This document shows positions 28,426 to 32,000 of a stretch of 32,000 bases of DNA, one piece after another; within the stretch, counting starts at the first letter, position 1; every line of letters begins with the position of its first letter. The position numbers were made by a program, and so were the translations under genes. Source of the stretch: Candidatus Helarchaeota ASGARD archaeon Hel_GB_B (GTDB taxonomy: Archaea; Asgardarchaeota; Lokiarchaeia; Helarchaeales; HEL-GB-B); the NCBI GenBank assembly GCA_005191425.1, contig SUPR01000028.1:5690-37689 (forward strand). The letters are read 5' to 3'. A model generated the notes under the pieces. The model was not told where the DNA came from, searched no databases, and saw only the letters and a program-made list of their open reading frames with translations.

Positions 28426-29280
28426 TTAGTAATTAGTATCTTTACCCAACTTTTTGCGTGCATTCTTTAATTCTTTATCTAATTCACTAAAAGCAAACCA
28501 TGGAATATGCCTTTTTGCCCAATTATGAAATCCAGATGCACCTATAAATATATTAAACTTGTTTTTTGTCATTTTTTTAATAATTATATTTGCAACTTCA
28601 TCAGGTTTCATTAACCCCGCTCTTGCAGATATAATTTTTAATTCTTCAGGTTTAGTTCTATTTTCTTGTTCAAATCCAGGAGTTTCAGTGTCTACAGGAT
28701 AAACAACGGAAATTTTTATGTGATAAGGCTTTAATTCATGTCTTAAACATTCAGATAGACCTACAATCGCGAATTTAGAAGGACAATAAGTGCTATAACC
28801 CATTAAACCTAAAAATCCTGCCTCGGAAGATAGATTAATTATATGACCTGTTTTTTCCTTCATATAATAGGGGAGCAAAGTAAGAATTGGTGCGACTACT
28901 CCATAATAATTTACATCCATTGTTTTTCTAAAATCATCTAATTTTAGGTTTTCAATATAATCTGGAAAAGCTTGACCGACACAATTGAATAGATAATAAG
29001 GAATACCTTTTTTTTCTATAAAATTATCAATTAGTGGTCTTAATTTTTCGATATCAGTGGCATCACAAGAAATCATTTCTACAAATTGTTCATTATTAGA
29101 TTTAAACTCTTCTATATCTTTAACCGCTTTCTTTAATATTTCAACTCTTCTAGCAATTATACAAACGCACCCACCCAATTGGACAACCTTTTTGGCAATA
29201 GATTTACCAATACCTTGAGACCCACCTACGACCATCGCAATTTTTCCATCAAACATATTTTTTTTACCCAAATTTATCAC
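28426..29280 (-). CDS. SDR oxidoreductase, 3-ketodihydrosphingosine reductase (KDSR/Tsc10)-like
   Basis: GGSQGIG, LSSEAG, YCPSK and YPVDTETPGFEQENRTKP; likely start ATG 29256. Confidence 0.85.
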   Translation of the reverse strand: MINLGKKNMFDGKIAMVVGGSQGIGKSIAKKVVQLGGCVCIIARRVEILKKAVKDIEEFKSNNEQFVEMISCDATDIEKLRPLIDNFIEKKGIPYYLFNCVGQAFPDYIENLKLDDFRKTMDVNYYGVVAPILTLLPYYMKEKTGHIINLSSEAGFLGLMGYSTYCPSKFAIVGLSECLRHELKPYHIKISVVYPVDTETPGFEQENRTKPEELKIISARAGLMKPDEVANIIIKKMTKNKFNIFIGASGFHNWAKRHIPWFAFSELDKELKNARKKLGKDTNY

Positions 29281-29352
29281 GCTTAATCAAATTTTTATTT
29301 TAAAGAATTGACCTTTTAGTTATCTTTTATATTAATTATTTTAACTACTTCT

Positions 29353-30369
29353 TTATTTTATTTTTTGTTTTTGATGGTTATACCAAGTTACACTTTTTTT
29401 AATTGCGTTATTAAAATCAATTTTTGGGTCATATCCCAATAATTTTTTAGCTTTATCTGCCTTAAAATACAAATCGAATTTTGCAACTCTTAAGCGGTAA
29501 GTTGTTAATTTAATACCATTTCTTTTTTTGAATAAACGACAAATATTTTCATATAAACTTATTAAAGGGAATACAAGAAAATATGGAAGAGATAATGTGG
29601 GAGTTTTTATGTTTAATTCTTTACACAAATTATCGATAAAATCGTGAAAAGTTACAAATTCAGGTTTATTATCACACATAATAAAGGTTTGACCTGCTGC
29701 CTCTTTTTTTGTTCCGGCTAAAATTAAACCTTCGACCAAATTTTCAACATAAGAATAGCACATCTTTGCTTTACCATGATTTAAAAATGGCATACTTCCA
29801 CTCTCCAAAGTTTTGCACAATTCATAGGTAGTCATCAAATCATTAGGGCCAAAAATTGTAAATCCTGGACGTATTATAACAATTTCTATTTCATTCTTTT
29901 TCTTATTTAATAATTTTTCACATAAAATTTTAGATTTAGTATAAGGCCTTCTTTTATTTGGTGAAATAATTGGAGTACTTTCATCAGCGCCATTAAAGTT
30001 CGAAAATCCATGGACTACAAGGCTAGACATAAAAACGAACCGCTTTACATTATTCTTAATAGCCTCTTCCAAAATATTTTTTGTACCATTGTAATTAACG
30101 TTAAAAATAGATTTATTCCACCAATCGGATGGAATTGCAGCAAGGTGATAAATCAATTCAATATCATTTAAAATATTTTTTAATGTTTCTGGTTTAGTAA
30201 CATCGCCATAAATTAACTGTGTATTTAAATTACTCAAAAACTCTTCATTAGTACCTTTTAAAACTAAGGATATTACATCATGCCCATTTTCCACCAACTT
30301 TTTAACTAAATTACTTCCGATAAAACCATTTGCGCCACTTACAAGAATCTTCATGATAAATTCATCCAC
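29353..30369 (-). CDS. extended SDR, NAD-dependent epimerase/3-beta-HSD-like
   Basis: GANGFIG, HLAA, YTKSK, IRPG..FGP; likely start ATG 30354. Confidence 0.85.
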   Translation of the reverse strand: MDEFIMKILVSGANGFIGSNLVKKLVENGHDVISLVLKGTNEEFLSNLNTQLIYGDVTKPETLKNILNDIELIYHLAAIPSDWWNKSIFNVNYNGTKNILEEAIKNNVKRFVFMSSLVVHGFSNFNGADESTPIISPNKRRPYTKSKILCEKLLNKKKNEIEIVIIRPGFTIFGPNDLMTTYELCKTLESGSMPFLNHGKAKMCYSYVENLVEGLILAGTKKEAAGQTFIMCDNKPEFVTFHDFIDNLCKELNIKTPTLSLPYFLVFPLISLYENICRLFKKRNGIKLTTYRLRVAKFDLYFKADKAKKLLGYDPKIDFNNAIKKSVTWYNHQKQKIK

Positions 30370-30554
30370 ATCATTGATTTTTTTAATGAATAAATTATGA
30401 ATATTTAATCTATAAATTAATAAAACTATTAAATCTAATAGAAATATTTTTTTCTAAATGCCTTAATTATAAATACAGATCAATTATTTTTTGATTAAAA
30501 AATCAAATTTCAATTAAAATAAATAGAAAAAATATCAGATTAAAAAATGTTTAA

Positions 30555-31751
30555 ATGAAAGAAATGGAGATATTTGGTAAAATGTCAATAACTGATGATA
30601 AAGAAGAAATAATAAAGAAGTACCAAACTGCTGCAAAAGCGATAATTAAAGCAGGTATGATGCCATTTCCGTTAACAAATACATTTATTGAGATCTTAAA
30701 ATATTATTTAGATGAAGAAGATTTGGAATTTATCAAAGCATTTAAAATGAAACAGTCAATGACAATGGAACAATTAAAAAAGAAATTAAAAGATATGTCG
30801 GAAGAGGAGATTGATAGAATAGCTCAGAAATTAGCAAAAAAAGGATTTATATTTAATCAGCCAAGTTCAAAAGGGTTTATAGTTTATAGGCTTATGCCAA
30901 TTGTTATGATAGGGACTTTTGAATATCAATTTATGCAGAACCTTCCAGAAAGTGAAGCCGAACTTAATAGAATAAAAAAAATAGCTGAACTTTATGAGAA
31001 ACTATTAGAAGAACTAGCAGGAAAAATTCAAGAAGGATATGACACAATTGTTCCTGTTTTTGAAAAACAACCATCAACTGATAGAACAGTAACATTACTT
31101 TCAAGTAAAGGCACTAAATCAATTGAAATAAATGAAAAAATGGAAGTACAAGAACAAGTCTTACCTGCCCAAACAATTGAAGACATCATTAATAAATTTG
31201 ATGATATTGCAGTTGGAAACTGTTTCTGCCGGCAATATAGAAAAATGTTGGGTCATACTTGTGAATTAAATGCACCAATGGAAACATGTTTTACATTTGG
31301 TAAATCAGCAAGACATGTAATACAACAAGGATTTGGAAGGAGAGTATCTAAAGAAGAAGCATTAAAAATTATGAAAGAAGCTGAAGAAGCAGGTTTAATA
31401 CATAAAGCATTCCATAATTCTTCAAATATATATAAAGATGAAAATTCAATATGTAATTGTTGCAAAGATTGTTGTGATATTTTTAATTTGTGGAGAATGG
31501 GCGCAACTCCAATAATTACTTCAACAAACTATGTATCACAAATTAATCAAGATATTTGTATTGGGTGTGGGACATGCATCGAACGATGTCCTATGGATAC
31601 AATTTCATTAAATGATGATAATAAAGCAGTAGTAAATGAAAGTCATTGCATAGGATGCGGAATTTGTGCAAGATTTTGCCCTGAAGAAGCAGTAACATTA
31701 AAAGAAGGAATGAGAAGAGTATATATTCCACCTCCTCGATTAGAAACATAA
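30555..31751 (+). CDS. Fe-S protein with N-terminal HTH-like region and C-terminal 2x[4Fe-4S] ferredoxin domain
   Basis: CFCR, C...C..FG, ICNCCKDCC, CIGCGTCIERCP, CIGCGICARFCP. Confidence 0.85.
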   Translation: MKEMEIFGKMSITDDKEEIIKKYQTAAKAIIKAGMMPFPLTNTFIEILKYYLDEEDLEFIKAFKMKQSMTMEQLKKKLKDMSEEEIDRIAQKLAKKGFIFNQPSSKGFIVYRLMPIVMIGTFEYQFMQNLPESEAELNRIKKIAELYEKLLEELAGKIQEGYDTIVPVFEKQPSTDRTVTLLSSKGTKSIEINEKMEVQEQVLPAQTIEDIINKFDDIAVGNCFCRQYRKMLGHTCELNAPMETCFTFGKSARHVIQQGFGRRVSKEEALKIMKEAEEAGLIHKAFHNSSNIYKDENSICNCCKDCCDIFNLWRMGATPIITSTNYVSQINQDICIGCGTCIERCPMDTISLNDDNKAVVNESHCIGCGICARFCPEEAVTLKEGMRRVYIPPPRLET

Positions 31752-32000
31752 AATTCACATTGTATCTTACAATAAACTATTTTTTATAATTTTTCTAGTT
31801 TAAAACATTAGAAACCAATAAGGTACTCATTCAGTCGTAAGGTGTTATCCTGAATTTTTTATCAAATTTTAAATGAATAATAATTATTATATTGAGGTAA
31901 TGACTTTAACTAAATATTCATTTTAATTATCGATTTGAAAATGACTTAAGTTATTTTTTTGATTTCCCCATAAAAAGTAAAAATAAATGAGTATTTATAG

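Noticed and set aside
28423-28428. Abutting stop codons (TAG 28423-25 / TAA 28426-28) of the convergent MFS and KDSR-like genes
   Set aside because: Zero-gap convergent genes are common in compact genomes; no evidence of function.
31752-32000. Possible gene or SECIS-like element after the Fe-S gene
   Set aside because: No ORF of useful length on either strand, no in-frame TGA in the upstream gene, and no convincing stem-loop.

Overview
Very AT-rich archaeal window, almost certainly from an Asgard archaeon (Lokiarchaeia-like). This is inferred from archaeal ribosomal/RNAP genes found together with Rab-like GTPases and roadblock, longin and V4R proteins. Left to right: (1) a lipid-handling region with two divergent SCP2 paralogs, two LpxL/PatA-family acyltransferases, a longin fusion and a SAM methyltransferase; (2) a thiolase / HMG-CoA-synthase-like / DUF35 trio whose HMGS lacks all catalytic residues; (3) two GalT-family genes flanking a GPH sugar symporter; (4) an 11-gene minus-strand ribosomal/RNAP cluster (rps13 to rpl24e); (5) a V4R + Rab / Zn-finger + roadblock-Rab module; (6) a degenerate FEN1 paralog; (7) an intron-containing tRNA-Ser(UGA) near archease and rtcB; (8) an MFS transporter, a KDSR-like reductase, an extended SDR and an Fe-S protein. 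I checked strands against the DNA. The supplied ORF track has the wrong strand for 10800..12224, 14184..14543, 14872..15276 and 15301..15741 (all minus) and for 24247..24687 (plus). It also misses rpl24e and the edge SCP2 gene. Family assignments rest on motifs read in the translations and on recalled family consensus; no database search was run.
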